Below, in pieces: positions 1-14,717 of a stretch of DNA of 64,000 nt. The stretch lies in NCBI RefSeq assembly GCF_009914755.1, contig NC_060931.1. One strand, written 5' to 3'. The stretch comes from the human T2T-CHM13v2.0 reference genome, Homo sapiens. Position 1 is the first letter of the stretch, and each line of letters opens with the position of its first letter. The translations under genes were made by a program, and so were the position numbers. The notes below the pieces were generated by a model. That model worked only from the letters and a program-made list of their open reading frames with translations, had not been told where the DNA came from and did not search any database.

Positions 1-2015
1 TGGATGTCTGTTCCATAAGGAAGGCCTTTTAAAGCTATGCCCAGCCATGGGTTTATCCTCAAATACCTGTGAGTTGGATGATTCTTTCCTCTTAAGATCC
101 CAAGGTAAACTTGGAGCTCCTAGGCCTGTTAGAAAGTGACATTCTTTACTGACCACAGGTCAGGAACCCTGTACAGGGACTGTGTAGATGAGGGCATGAG
201 CCCAGTCTCTCATGGGAATTTTATCAGCTCTGTAAGTAGAGCTTGACTCCTTAAAGTCAAGGGCAGCATACCCTTCCAGTCAAAGTCTTGGTAAAATAAC
301 TACTTTCTACAATTGTGTCCTGTTGCAAAAGAAAAATAGATTTTTATTGCACTAATGAAAACAACTATATTGCCATAAGAATACTCACAGGTAGGGTCCA
401 AATCCTAGAGGAACCAGGCAGAGAGAAACAAACGTGCTTCAAATCTTGATTATGAGAGCATATACTTTACTTAATTATTTAAGGCCATAAATACTTAAAA
501 ATAAGTTTCCTTGACTCTGAAAAACAAAGCATGGATTAGCAATATTCCAAACAGTAGTCAAAAAGTTTGATTCAGGTTGCTGAGTTCAGTTCATTTAGTT
601 AACTGTTGTTTTGCTTACTATTTGTGAACATTTCAGCTCTTCATGAGTCCTGTACATTTTCCTTTATTCCAATGTTATCATCTCTGAAGTTATCAAAAGC
701 CTGCATTTGAGAGAACTTGTTAAAATTCTATAGCTCATTATAAACCATCTTTGAAAATGATTAAAACAAGACAACAACTATCTGTGAATAGCAAAATGTT
801 CAGGGCAAGTACAGTTAGAAACACAATTGACAAACAAGTTTGGTTATCTCTGTGGTTTATAATAACTTAGCATTAACAACCTTAATTATGATTGACAGCT
901 TATACTTAGACATTAGAACTTTAGAAATCTCATGCAATTTTGGAACATATATAAGCATTATTTACTAAGATACAACCTAAAGAAGACTGAACATCATTTT
1001 GGCAAGCCCATGTACCTGAACATGGCAAATAATCCTGTTTACCTCTCTTTTTTGGACACTTCAGAGGCCCTCTGAAGTATTCAAAAAGCCAGGTGCCAGG
1101 GAAGACAATTTTGAAACTGAAGTTTGATTTTGGGAAGGCTGTTAAATGTTCGAGGTTTTAAACACTTGATATTATAAAATAGAATTCCAGATTACCGTAA
1201 GTTATTTATTTTGCCAAAATGATTACTCAGAAATTTAAGAAGCAAAAACCTTTTATAACCCTTTACAAATTTTGCCAAAGAGCAGATTAGTGCCTTAGGA
1301 AAAGCTTGTTATGCTTTTATTTCAATGCTCAATTTACAGAAAAAAAAACATATAATACCCTTTTTTGAATTTGGTCAACATGTTCACACAAAGAACCTCT
1401 TCTGCAAGATTAATTTCCGCAATGCTTCCTCCACTTGTTTGAACTTTCAGCTTTTCCTAATTTAAATTAAAACAATCCTTTAATCCTAGGCCAAAGTATT
1501 CCCATGCCTTCTTATAACCTTTTACAAACACACACACACACATTTTACTGTTTTTACATACCTTGATTGTAAATCTATTTCCAGTAGTCTCAATTACATG
1601 TTATAATGGTAACTCCTCGCAATTTTTAACTTTAAGGTAAAACTTGGTAAGTTGCTTTAATTGTGTGATAACTGAGGCCAAACTTTTCCTTCTTAGTTAA
1701 GGGTGTGGTTAGTTCCATATGTCCTCAGGTCTAATCAGTTTTGAAGCAGGCAAGACAGACTGTCTTCAAAACCCAAATTCAGTTTGTAACCTCAAAACAC
1801 TAGCAAACCTTGCATCTCACCTGCATTTTACCAAGAGTCTTTAGGGCTCTTTTTATTTCTCAAAGATTGAAATCACGAAAACTGAAAGGTACCACAACTT
1901 TTATCTTCCCTTTAAAAAATATTAGATCTAAGCGATTGTCTTTCTTTGGGCCAAATTAATTAGAATTCTTTTTACAGACATCACACATAGTGCACCCACA
2001 GACAGGCAGAAGAGA
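1..2015 (-). mobile_element. ERV1 internal sequence, MER4 group (non-autonomous)
   Basis: Typical MER4-group internal motifs (aaagtgacattctttactgaccacaggtcaggaaccctgtacagggac...); no intact ORF; strand inferred. Confidence 0.65.
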
Positions 2016-2388
2016 ACTCCTCCCTTGTTTTCTGTAACCGAGATGTACAGTAAAGGGCAACTAAGTCACAGGCTCTGTTCTTGAAGCATTAACAAATTCA
2101 TTCAATCAGTAAATTATATATACATGGAAAATTTCATATATTAAGTAAAATATCACATAGACATTGTATTAAATGGTTGTTAAACCATTAAATGAGTGTT
2201 CATAGTAGGAAGCCAGATATATGTCTATAGGTAGATTAAAATAGTGAAGAAAGTGAATATTTATCTTAATCATGGATCGTAATCAGCAATATCTGCATAA
2301 TTTAACATAAAGTGTAAAACATACTCTGAGATAAGCTCAGGGGAACTCTCAGGATCAAGTTACAAGAGATAGAAACAAGAAAGCATTA

Positions 2389-2720
<332 letters not shown>

Positions 2721-3454
2721 TTATACAAGACCTAAGAGAGAAGTTTGCAAAGGTAACTTAGACATGACTGAAATATTTTTATAGAGAAGGGGTTTTTTGA
2801 AAGCTGTAATTTAGAAAGATTAATTCAGGAAGTTGAACGGTTGTACTATGGAAGAAACTGAAATCGAAATTGTACCCAAAGCCGCTTTCATATAAAATGC
2901 ATTCTTCCATTTTTGGAAACTTTATACTTTAAGTAATATATTCTTTCTTCTATTTAGTAGTTTATGTTCACTATAAAAAACTTGGAAGACGTGCACACAT
3001 ATGCAAAAGAGCTAAAAAAACATAAATTCTTCCGTGGTTTTATCACCTATTTTGGTATGTATATTTTTCTGCTTTTTAAATCAATATCATAGAGAGAGAA
3101 AGAGAGAGATCTCAAGCTCAAATGCCTAAACATTCCAAGCATGGAACCTCAAAGAATGTCTAAGACTAATTATGGCAAATTGTGAAGTTAAAGTGCCACT
3201 TAAAGAGAAAAGCTGCTGCTAATACCTATGACACTGTTGCCACATAATAATGGTCAAGTGTTCATAGATCTTTCAATTTTTAATAGAAACAGGGAATTAA
3301 ATTTTCATGCCTAAATATGCTGGCAACAAATTCCATTTAAAATAAAAACCAAAATGTGTGCAAATACCATAAGGGCCCAATAAACAAAATAACCTCTGTG
3401 TTGTGTGCTATATTTACCTCAGGGTCAGATTACCAACAATAAAGCAGAGATTAG

Positions 3455-3670
3455 TCTTGAACTCTGGACTCAGATCTATTAAAGTTGAAATTTCAGCCTT
3501 GTGATACATTATACAAATATGATAATATTCGATCACCTTTTTATGCCACGATTTTCTCATCTGTAATACAAGGATAAAATCTTTGCCTCATAGAGCCATA
3601 AGGGTTAAATGAATTCATAAATGTGAAGAGGTAACACATCACTAGAGATATATGAAGTGGTCAGTCAGTG
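3455..3670 (+). mobile_element. MIR
   Basis: Core-like ttttctcatctgtaa...gggttaaatgaa. Confidence 0.6.
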
Positions 3671-4249
3671 ATAGTGATATTTTATATAAGTGGTGCCATA
3701 AATGTTTAATGTTTCCTGTCTTAATCTTTTTAATGATGTTTTCTGAACACATGTTTGCTAATGACTACATGGCATTTCGTCATATATATGTGGACAAATA
3801 TTTATAATTAGCCAATTCCTTATTATTGGGCTTTTGAAAATTTTTCTAACTAATATTTATTATTTTATTATAAGTAGTACACATATATGTTTACTTTCTT
3901 CCTAAGAGTAAATTCCTAGAGATGGAATTATTTGTAGAATTCTATATTTTTTACATTTTTGGTATGTTTTGCCAATTTATCCTCTTCATAAATTAAAAAA
4001 AATTATATTTTCATCAACTATGAGTGCTTATTTCTCTGCTTATGTTGGATACTTTTTAATACATTTTGAATTTTTTAAATATTTACTTGATCCTTTGAAC
4101 ACCACAGTATAAATAATGCTTTCTTCATTTGATTGTTGAGGATTTTGTGACACATTAATTTTCACAAGTTCACACAGTCAAGGCGGGAAGTGGGACAAGA
4201 ATGTAGGTCGTACAAAGCCCAATTTTTTTGTGAAATGTTTTATATGACA

Positions 4250-4745
4250 CATAGTTTTCCACTGAACAATGCAGGGCTTAAGAGTGCCACCTCAGCTCCA
4301 CCCCCATGCAGTTGAAAATCTGTGTATAATTTTGACTACCCAAAATCTTTACTAGTAGCTTACTGTTGATTGGAAGACATACTGATAATTTAAACAATCA
4401 GTTAACAAATATTTTGTATGTTGTATGTATTATGTACTTTTTTCATACTTCATTTTATTAATTTTATTAAGAAAATTATAAGGAAAATACATTCACAATT
4501 AACTAAGTTGAGTTGTATCATCACAAAGGTCTTAATCCTTGCCCTCTTCACATTAAGTAGGCTGAGGAGGAGGAGGAGGAGGTTGGGCTTGTTCTCTCAG
4601 GGATCACACAAGCACAATGGGTGGAGGAGGTGGAAGGGGAGGCAGAAGAGGCAGGCACTCTTGGTATCATGTTTATTAAAAAAAAAAAAATCCCCGTATA
4701 AGTAGGTCTGCACAATTTCAACCTGTGCTATTCAAGGGTCAACTG
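4250..4745 (-). mobile_element. Tigger2a/MER28-type DNA transposon
   Basis: TIR ttcaagggtcaactg followed by TA; internal aggctgaggaggaggaggag signature. Confidence 0.8.
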
Positions 4746-4979
4746 TATTTCTTTGTTTTTAATAGAAAAAAATTACCTCTGAAAATGTAGTTAATAGTAA
4801 TTTAATATTATAACACTTCAATTGCATGCCAACACTTTTTATTTGCTAAAGATACACCAATATTTTGAGATGAGACCAAAATTTTGAAAAGATATTTCAA
4901 CTTCATAGAAGTGACAGCAACCAGGATTAAGACCATTCCAAAATGTTTGCACTATACTAAGCTTCAAAGATGAATGTTA

Positions 4980-5535
<556 letters not shown>

Positions 5536-5804
5536 CAAACACACATTTAAAAATTCCTTATGCTAGCAGAAACTGTATTATAATAAACAGGAATTTTCTG
5601 AAATGAAAGATCAGAAATTGCAGAAATAAAAGGAATCATAGACAGTGTCAACCTTCATAATGTAATCATCATAACAGTGAGAAAATGAGAGCAGAGCTGG
5701 GGAACTCTGACTACCTGTCTCCTAGACAACTGAGGTTGATTTTTTGCATTGACGATAAAGTATTAAGATGGCTTTTTGCTAAACCAAGTCGTAGGAGTTT
5801 TGTG

Positions 5805-6116
5805 TTGTTTGGTTTGGGTTTGGTTTTGGTTTTGGTTTAGAGGTAGGGTGTAGCTCTGTTGCCCAGGAAAGGGTGCAGGGGCGATCACTGCCACCTTGAA
5901 TTCCTTGTCTGAAGTGATCCTCTTGCCCTAGCTTCCTAAGTAACCGGTGCTACGAGCATGCACCACCATGACCAGCTATCTTTTTTTAAATTATTTTTTG
6001 TAGTGATGACATCTCAGTATACTTCTTAGGTTGATCTCAAACTCCTGGCTGCAAAGGATTCTCCCACCTCAGCCTCCCAAAGTACTGGGCTTATAGGCAT
6101 GAGGCACTGCTACCAG
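5805..6116 (-). mobile_element. AluJ
   Basis: Diverged antisense Alu with (GGTTTT)n tail. Confidence 0.85.
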
Positions 6117-8757
6117 CTCAAGTTGTAGTTTTTGGTAGGCACTCCGTAGTAGCTAAGGACACATCATTCACCTAATGATGAACACACTAATTCATACTTT
6201 TAATTTCTAAATTTCCAAGTCAGTGCCTTTGGCTTCTGACTCTTTTGGTTTATTTTATTTTCACCACTACACTCTTTATTGAAAGCAATGGACAAAAAAC
6301 TAGAACTATAAAGAAACTTATGTCTTTTTATTACTATCCTAGTTGGATAAACGTATGCAAGATGTTTTCCCACAGTTATTGAAACACTAACTTCTTTATA
6401 AAAGCAGTGCGATAGAATTGACTTAAATTGCTCAATTGTATCATTACTATAATCGTTCTGAGTGTGAGTTAACATAAATAGATGTATGACTTTTTCTGCT
6501 GTCTAGGGAAAATCTCAATGGAGACACTGACAAATAAGCTTCTTCTTTATGCATGTAGCCTATTTTACTCCATAGTCATGAAAAGATACATGACAGTGTC
6601 TCTAATAGTTTCCTGTTCTATTTTGAATTATCTTTCAATACAGGAATTCCTTGTGTTATAAGCACACTTTGAGTGGATTTAAATTTGAAGCCAACTAACT
6701 CGAAGCTCAGTTACATGTCAGATTTGTCTCAAGCCTTTTATTTCTGTTTGTGTCCGAAAAGACTGATTCCATGGTCATACGTTTGAGGTTATTTGTTCTT
6801 AAGAACAATATCTGGGTTATCTGTCATTGGGACAGGCAGCCAATGTTGGCGGTGCAGAAATATTCTGGGCCCCACTGCAGGGTTACAGTTCATAGACCCG
6901 GTCTCTCTAGAAGATATATGAGTCCTCCCACCATTGTTCAGTGTTCAGTCCAGGAGTTTAACAGAAGAAATCAATGAGGTGCAACTGTGCAAAATAGGGG
7001 TCAAATATGTACAGCTGTGGCTCCACATGTATCAGATAGCTCTGTTTGATTTTTCTCTAGACAGTATTCATTATCAAAATGGGCTTCAGAAGCTTTTTAT
7101 TAAAAACAAATTGATGTTAATTAATTCAGATTACAGTGGCCATTAGTCAGCTATCTCATTGCAGAAAACTGAATCAAATCAAGACTGTTCCCTGCAATCT
7201 CTGAGAGTTTCCTATCTTTAAATCTAATTGTAAATTGGAATTCTTATGTATTAAGTTAAAGTAGGCTTCTTTACTCTGGCTGTCTCTTGACTATCAGCTG
7301 CCTTGTTCCTTTGCTGCTTAACTTTATTTTAGGAGTCCGTATTATGTTTCTACTTATTTACTGATAATATTTAATAATTTATATTTTCCTATCTATCATG
7401 GTTTTTTGGATGCAATTAAATTATATGTATTTTCACTTAAATATTTGGAATTTTAAATCTAAAGACATTTTTAAAGGAATAGTTTTTGTTTCCTGTTTTA
7501 TAAGAGAAATATATGAATTCTAACAAATTACTTCTCTGGGGTTTTAACTATTCACACTCTATAATTCTTTTCCTGTATATTATTTTTCTTTCATGCCTTA
7601 TCTCTTCCCAACAAACACGCACATACATAAACAAAAAGAAGAAAGAAGCCTGTCAAAAATCCTTTATTTTTTTCTCTTTTCCTATAATTAGTATGAATAA
7701 GAATCAGTTCGATTGCCTTTTTTCTCTTTGTCTTGGTCGTTTGCCTCTCTGAGTGACCAACAAATCATGTATAGGCAGATATGAAATTTGTGTGCTTCTT
7801 TTTCCTCTCTTTTAATTTGGACGGATGAACAGTAGAAAGCCAGAAATAGGAGGCTGAATCTCTAGAAATAGTATGTGAGAGAACAAGAAAGGTATGAGTG
7901 AATGTGTGTGTATGCAAGGAGGGTGGGGGAGCAGAGGAGAAGTTTAAATGATTTGCAACAGGACAAGGGATTGTGGAAAGATGAGACTATTGGGGTACAA
8001 GTTGTAATGAGGAGGAAATTGGAGCTGATGTAAAAATTGTGGCCAATACTGCTCTGAGATCGGCAACAAACACAGACCCCTCTCTTCAGGTGGTCCTTAC
8101 CCTCTGAAGTGTCACCTTCAAAACTTTCTACATCCTGCTTCAGTGTCTCTGAAAATCTAGGCTGGTTGTACTACTTTGCTGGGGCACCCCAAGCCCACAC
8201 TGGGACTTGCAATGGCCTTGCTCTCTGTTTCTATATTATGGGGTTTCTCCGTCCCCACCCCCATCAAAACTGAGGTCATCTAGAAGACCTGAGGGGCCCC
8301 AGGATTTGCAAATATGAGAGCATTCCAGGGTTCTCTGTCCAGGTCCTTGCGTCCTGGTTCTAGAAGGGCAGGCTGGCACGTGAATTATTCCCTTTAGTTA
8401 CTTAGGCATTTCTCTAATGGGACCATATGAAATCAGGCTGGCACGTTGGTGGTGGCATATCAATTTGAGGTGATAATCACTCCTGTGTTCCCCCGACCAC
8501 TCACCAAATACTGGCACCTATCCGTCAGCAGAGAAATCACAGGGTAAAATAAATCTTGATCAAATCTTCCACAGGTTGTCACTTCTATTTCTTCATTGTT
8601 CTATAATGCCAATGAACCTTTTTAAGCAATGTCTTTGCTTGCCTGTAAGTGATGTGGTGACATTGTGCTCTCCTGGGTCAGTCTTAAGCCATGACAGAAA
8701 GGGGAAGTCTGTTTCTTGTGTGAATGGGACCACTAATCTCACTCCACCCACAGATCC

Positions 8758-9126
8758 TGTGATAGACGGAGTGTTTGTCTCCCAAAAAAGCCGTACGTTG
8801 AAATCAAATCCTCAATGTCATAGAATTTGGATGCGGAGTCTTTGGGAAATAAATAGGCCATGGGCATGGAGGCCTGATGAATGCCCTTTTAATTAGTGCC
8901 TTATAAAAACAGGTCAGAGATCAGGCTCTCTTTGCTTTTTGCCACATGAGGACACATCAAGAACACAGCCCTCTAAACCAGCAAAAGGGCACTCACCAAT
9001 TACACAACCATACTGGCACCCTGATATTAGACTTCCAGCCTCGAGAACTATGAGAAATAAATGTTTTTATTTTAAACTACCCAGTCTATGAAAAGTTGTT
9101 TTAGCAAACCCAAACTGACTAAGACA
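8758..9126 (+). mobile_element. MaLR LTR (MLT1A-like)
   Basis: TG...CA; gacttccagcctcgagaactatgagaaataaa; ends ctgactaagaca. Confidence 0.8.
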
Positions 9127-11042
9127 GGCCTTACCTATACCCCCTTCCAGCTGGTGGTAGTATATATAAAAATATCTCACATATTAAGAATATGGTGATC
9201 ACAGCCTCAAAAATTCAAGGAAAGATATAGTTGGAAGATGGATTATTCTATTTTTATGCTATCAAATTTTATGTACTCAAATTAACCAGATAATTTCCTG
9301 AATACTCTAGGTCAGACTTGTATTTTTGGTCATCGTCAAAACAGTACAGTAACATGTTTTGAGAGAGTCATTGGAAGCCAGTTCTTTGGGCAGCATGATG
9401 GATGGTGCAGTCATGAGTAATGATGTAACCAGCACTAAATAAATGGTATTAGGGAACTGTGGTAGCAAGAAGATCTATATTGTTTCAATACAAACAGGTT
9501 GTGGAGAGCCTGACATTGTGAGTAATAATAGTGTTGCTACCTTTTTCAAAATGGGAGATGTGAAGTTAACTAGTTATGACATATTTGAAAGAAGAGGACA
9601 TGAAAAAGTGGCTCCTGGACCTCAACATAGAGAAATTGTACCTGGACACTACAAAGAATTATCACATGAACTGACTGAATAAACAAATACCTATACTTCT
9701 CCTCTACCATTATTTTAAGTCTTCACCAGTAAGTCACTAAGCCTCAAATAGGCCCACATGTTTTTAATACATATTTAATCAAAGTGTTGATATACATAGA
9801 AACCCTGCAAGAAATATTTTTCCAGGATTCTGCATGTACTAGGGGCAAGTCCACTTCACCAATTGGATCTGGTGATCCATTTGGATACCTAGAGATGTGT
9901 GCAACATGATCATACCTTGAAAATGGCAAAAGCACCTTACATTTACAATATGGATGACAATTATAATTTTCTTAAAGAAAGAGGAAAGCGCATTATTTTC
10001 CCAATTATGAAGAGAGGTCTGTAAGAGAGACAGGAAATAACCAAAAAGGTAACTAAAAACAAATAAATAAATCATGGCAAAGATTTTTCTGAATATTTCT
10101 CTCCTATTTTAAGCATTCAAACAAATGTAGTTGAGAGCTAGCTATAATTCTGAAGAGTTTGAATATATTTGCTTCTTGTAGACTGAGTTCACATGTTTGA
10201 ACTGATGGAATTTAATGAATTCATTCAACCTTATTTGAAGAACCACATACGTACCAGGTATACAAATATAAAAATTATGTATTTTTTGTCTTTGAGCTAC
10301 TAACAGTTTAGTAGAAGAGGAAAACATGTAAACAAATGATTACACAATATGTTTTGAGGACAAACTGAAGAAAGAAACTAAACTCTATGGGAAAATAGAA
10401 AGAAGCTTTTTATGTGGTAATTACCGAGCAGTCTTGCAAGATTAATAGGCGTTTCCAGGGACATCAGTGAAATAAATCTAATACAGGAAAATGGATATGT
10501 ATGCAAATATTAACATTGACTCCAACTTCCTGTTTCCCTTACTCTGTGGCTTAGATTCCTGAGTTTGAAAATATTTCTCATAAACTTTAATTTACCTCTG
10601 CAGTTTGTCAGAGTTAGAGGAGTATTAATTGGTGTTATTTTAAGGGGTATTTGTCAATTTCCAGACTTGCAAAATATTACACACAATGTATATATCAGCC
10701 TGGCCCTTGATGTTAATGAATTAATTCTGAATCGCAGTTCCACATTCTATAGAATTCAGTGTCTCTCTCGAGTGAACAGGAATTGCCAGAGGTTTATCTC
10801 TTAGGTTCTTTCACCTGGCTCCTGCTTCCATGCATGCTGTATCACTTCTGTCATACTGATAAAGGTATGAGACTGAGCCTTTTTACCACTTCCTTAAGAA
10901 ACCACTTTTCTTATGTCTTGACATGCTCAAATCTTCTTTGACATATTCACGCTTTTCATGTCCCACCCAATTATGTGGAATTACCTAGACAGTTTCCTAA
11001 GCAAGACAGCATCCTCTTTACTGATGCCTTGGTTTGTTTTTT

Positions 11043-11212
11043 AAGGGTGATTCCCAAATATGGCTGCATATTAAAATCACCCAGATGAGAATTACAAGAC
11101 AATACACAGACCCCAGAATACCATCTGTTGATATTGTGATTTAATTGGCCACAGGTGAGTACAAGGTACTGCGCTTTTAAAAGCCTCGCAGGTGATTCTT
11201 ATGTGCAGCCAA
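11043..11212. mobile_element. MER5-type hAT MITE
   Basis: ggctgcatattaaaatcacc ... caggtgattcttatgtgcagcc inverted ends. Confidence 0.65.
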
Positions 11213-11914
11213 CTATTTTATAGATTACCACAATTTGTATAAGTTTGAAAAACATCTTGCTCAATTTTTTTTAGGTTTGAGCTTTATATAAATTAGACCA
11301 AAAGTATGTGTTTTCCTGTAATTTTATCTCAACATTGTATCTATTGCTTATTCACACTCTCACTGTTGCATAATATATAATAGTATATATACATATATAC
11401 ACATACATATGTATATATATATGTATATATATAGTGCAATAATATATTTAATGGATTTGAAGATTAATGCATATATTGCTCTTAACAATGCTTCCTGAAT
11501 ATTTTAAAATAGCTTCTGGTGCAAATTTTCAAGTGTTTCTTATAAGGTATATATAATGTATTGAAATTTAGCAAGTTATCCGAAATTATTTTCCTAAGTG
11601 GTTGTACCAGTGTACATGTCCAACAGCAGCGTATGAAGTCATTGTACCAGTGTATGCTCTCAACAGCAGCCCATGAAAGTTATCCTTTTCAAGGATGAGT
11701 TCACATGCTCATCTGCAGGGGAAGTCCCTATCATAGTTATCTTGGCTAGTGCCTGATAGCTACCCTTCAGGGCCAGCGGGAGCCCAGTTAGAAGGCCAGA
11801 AGTAGCCTGTGTAGCCATTCATCTTTTTTGCTGACTGACAGTGGGCAGCACTTACTATCAGTGGTCAGAGTCTCCAGGATTTCTATTTGCTCATTTCTGG
11901 CTATCTGCCTATTC

Positions 11915-12205
11915 TAACAAAATGAAATCATGAAGATAGAACCCTCATAGTGGGATTAATGCCCTCATAAGGAGAGACACCAGAGAGCTCTTTCTCTTTC
12001 CATATAGCCACAAAGAAGAGGTCATGTAAGTATACAGAGAGATGGTGGCAATCTATAAGCCAAAAGAAGAGGCTTAAGAATAAAAACCTACTTTGTTGAC
12101 ATCTTAATTCTGAACTTCACAGTTTCCAGAATGGTGAGAAAATAAAATTCAATTGTTTAAGCTACACAGTATGTTAGTTTTTTATGGCCGCCTAAGTTGA
12201 CCTAT
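11915..12205 (+). mobile_element. MaLR LTR fragment (MST/MLT1A-like)
   Basis: gggattaatgccctcataaggagagacaccagagagc; ccagaatggtgagaaaataaa. Confidence 0.7.
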
Positions 12206-12874
12206 ATATCCACTTACAAACACACATCACCCACATACAATACTACATTTATGTATATTATATTCTGTCTAGCACTTTTAGTTAGAAAGTGGAGGCTAAG
12301 CTTTTCTCTAAACATCTTTCTCAAAATTGTTGAAAATGAATATTCTTATATTTTCAGTGTCACATAATTACTAAGATAGTTCTTTTAATATATTTGTTAT
12401 AAATTGTGATCAAAATTGTGATGAAAATAAATGAGATAGTTGCTTTACTATCAAAAATCCTGTTGATTAATTCCAATTCAAGACAGTTGTAGGTGTCTGA
12501 AAGCCAAAGTTTGTGATTAAAAACTTGATGAACAGAATGTATTTGATTGGACAGCAGAGTAAAAGGAACTGAAAATAGGGAAAATGGGCAGTGGAAGTTT
12601 AAGGCAATTTGCTATAATTATTAAAACATAGGCCTCTGTTAAGTGGAGGATCAGGAGAAAATTTTTGCAGATGACTTTCTTGGGAAAAAGATGCCTACGA
12701 ATCCAGAAAAAAACAATCAGAATTTCAGAGGTGAATGCTATTTCCAGACACAAATTAATAGTGAATCAAATGAAGTGTAATATCCACTTCCCTCTCTTGC
12801 ACAGGTCCTCTAGAAGATCCTGAATCTATTTTTTATTAACAGTCTTGTTTCCTCTTTATAAAGAGTATCCCTTA

Positions 12875-13200
12875 AGTAATTTGGATATTTGTATCTGCCC
12901 AAATATCATGTTGAATTCCAATATCCAGTGCTGGATGTGGGGCCTGATATGTGTTTGGATCATGGGGACAGATCCCTTATGAACCATGTAGCCATCCCCT
13001 TGGTGATAAGTGAGCTCTCACTCTGAGTTCACACAAGATCTAGTCATTTAAAAGTGTGTGGCACATCCCTTCCCCCAACTCTTTCTCACTTGCTTCTGCT
13101 TTTGACAAGTGATGTGCCTGTTCCACCTTCACCTTCCACCATGATTGAAAGCTTCCTGTGTCTTCACCAGAATCCCAGCATATGCCAGCATTCTGCTTCC
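12875..13200 (+). mobile_element. MSTB-like LTR, 3'-truncated
   Basis: tttggatatttgtatctgcccaaatatcatgttgaa; cccttggtgataagtgag. Confidence 0.75.
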
Positions 13201-13204
13201 CATT

Positions 13205-13450
13205 TATACATTCTAGTAGCCACATTTTTAAAAGTAAAAGGAAACAGATGAAATTACTTGTAATAATATATTTTATTTAATCCAATATGTCAAAATTATC
13301 ATTTTAATATGTAATCAGTATAATAAATTATTAATTAGATGTTGTACATTTTCTGTATACTTATAGAACATCTCAAATTTGGCAAGTTACTTTTTGATGT
13401 ACTCAGTAGCCACATGTGGCAAGGCACTATGAATTGTATGTGCAACTATA
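13205..13450. mobile_element. MER3/MER33-type DNA transposon
   Basis: ctagtagccacatttttaaaagtaaaag ... tagccacatgtggc. Confidence 0.65.
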
Positions 13451-13790
13451 GGAAGGAACAAATAAATCACTTAGGTGTTGGGACTTTCACGTACTCTGTC
13501 TAAACTTCCCTGGATTTAAATACCACTGGTAGAAAAGAGGTATTTTGATGGATAGACTCCTATCTAAGAAAGATATTTGAAGAAAGAACAAAGAAAAAAA
13601 TGACCCAAGTTTTCTTTTCTGGGTTATCAAGGTTAAAGAACCATGGCCGTATCAGTCAGAGGGGCATGACTTTGAAGAGGTCATTGCTCAGAGAAAACGA
13701 CCTAGGAGTCAGAGACATTACTTACAACAGGAAACTAAGAATTCCCCATACTAGATAGGACCAACATTAGTCCATTTAAAATATAATTAC

Positions 13791-14185
13791 TTTTCTGTTC
13801 CTGTGGTTGTTAGCTAAGGATAATGGCCTCCAGCTCCTTCCATGTCCCCACAAAGGACAGGATCTCATTCTTTTTTATGACTGCATAGTATTCCATGGTA
13901 TATATATACCACATTTTCTTTATCCACAATCAAATACTACATATTCTCACTTATAAGTGGGATCTAAATGATGAGAACGAATGGACACATACAATGGAAC
14001 AACACACACTGGAGCCTTTCAGAGGGTGGAGGGTGGAGGGAGAGGATCAGAAAAAAATAACTAATGGGCACTAGGCTTAATACCTGGGTGATGAAATAAT
14101 CTGTACAACAAACCCTTATGACAGAAGTTTACCTATGTAACAAACCTATACTTGTAATTCTGAATTTAAAATAAAAGTTAAAAAT
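13791..14185 (+). mobile_element. Short old L1PA (PA13-16-like) 3' end with 5' inversion
   Basis: 13791-13926 antisense, ~13929-14185 sense L1 3'UTR with A-rich end. Confidence 0.85.
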
Positions 14186-14292
14186 AATAACACACACACA
14201 AACTCTTTGATGATGGCTTCTGAAATATTTTACCTAAAATGACTACCTGATAGTTAGGTCTTACAATCCCTTTGTAATTTATCTTGGGTAAC

Positions 14293-14717
14293 TATCTTAA
14301 TCCATTTTGTATTTCTGTAACAAAACTTCTGATACTGGGTAATTTATAAAGAAAATAAGTTTATATGGCTCATAATTCTGGAGACTGAGAGGTTCAAGAA
14401 TCATGGTGCTGGCACCTCATTGACCTCTGGTAAGGGCCACATGCTGTTTCACAACATGACAAAGCATAAAGGTGAGTGAGCATGTACAAAGAGGCACACA
14501 TGAGGGCTACAAACCTACTCTCACAGGAAATGAACCGTATCTGTGAGAGGTAGAACCCGTGTGCTCATTCTTGAGAGACAGCAGTAATCTATTCATGAGA
14601 GACCCACCCCCATAACCCAAACACCCCCTACTAGGCTCCGCCTCTCCACAGTGCCTCATTGAGGACCAACCTGCCACATTAGTTTCAGTGAAGACAAACC
14701 ATGGACCAATCATAGCA
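14293..14717 (-). mobile_element. MaLR LTR (MST-type)
   Basis: ctgggtaatttataaagaaa...ggctcataattctggag...aatcatagca. Confidence 0.8.

Noticed and set aside
11601-11680. ~40-bp diverged tandem duplication (ttgtaccagtgta...caacagcagc)
   Set aside because: Two copies only, inside an old L1M fragment; not an array or CRISPR-like.
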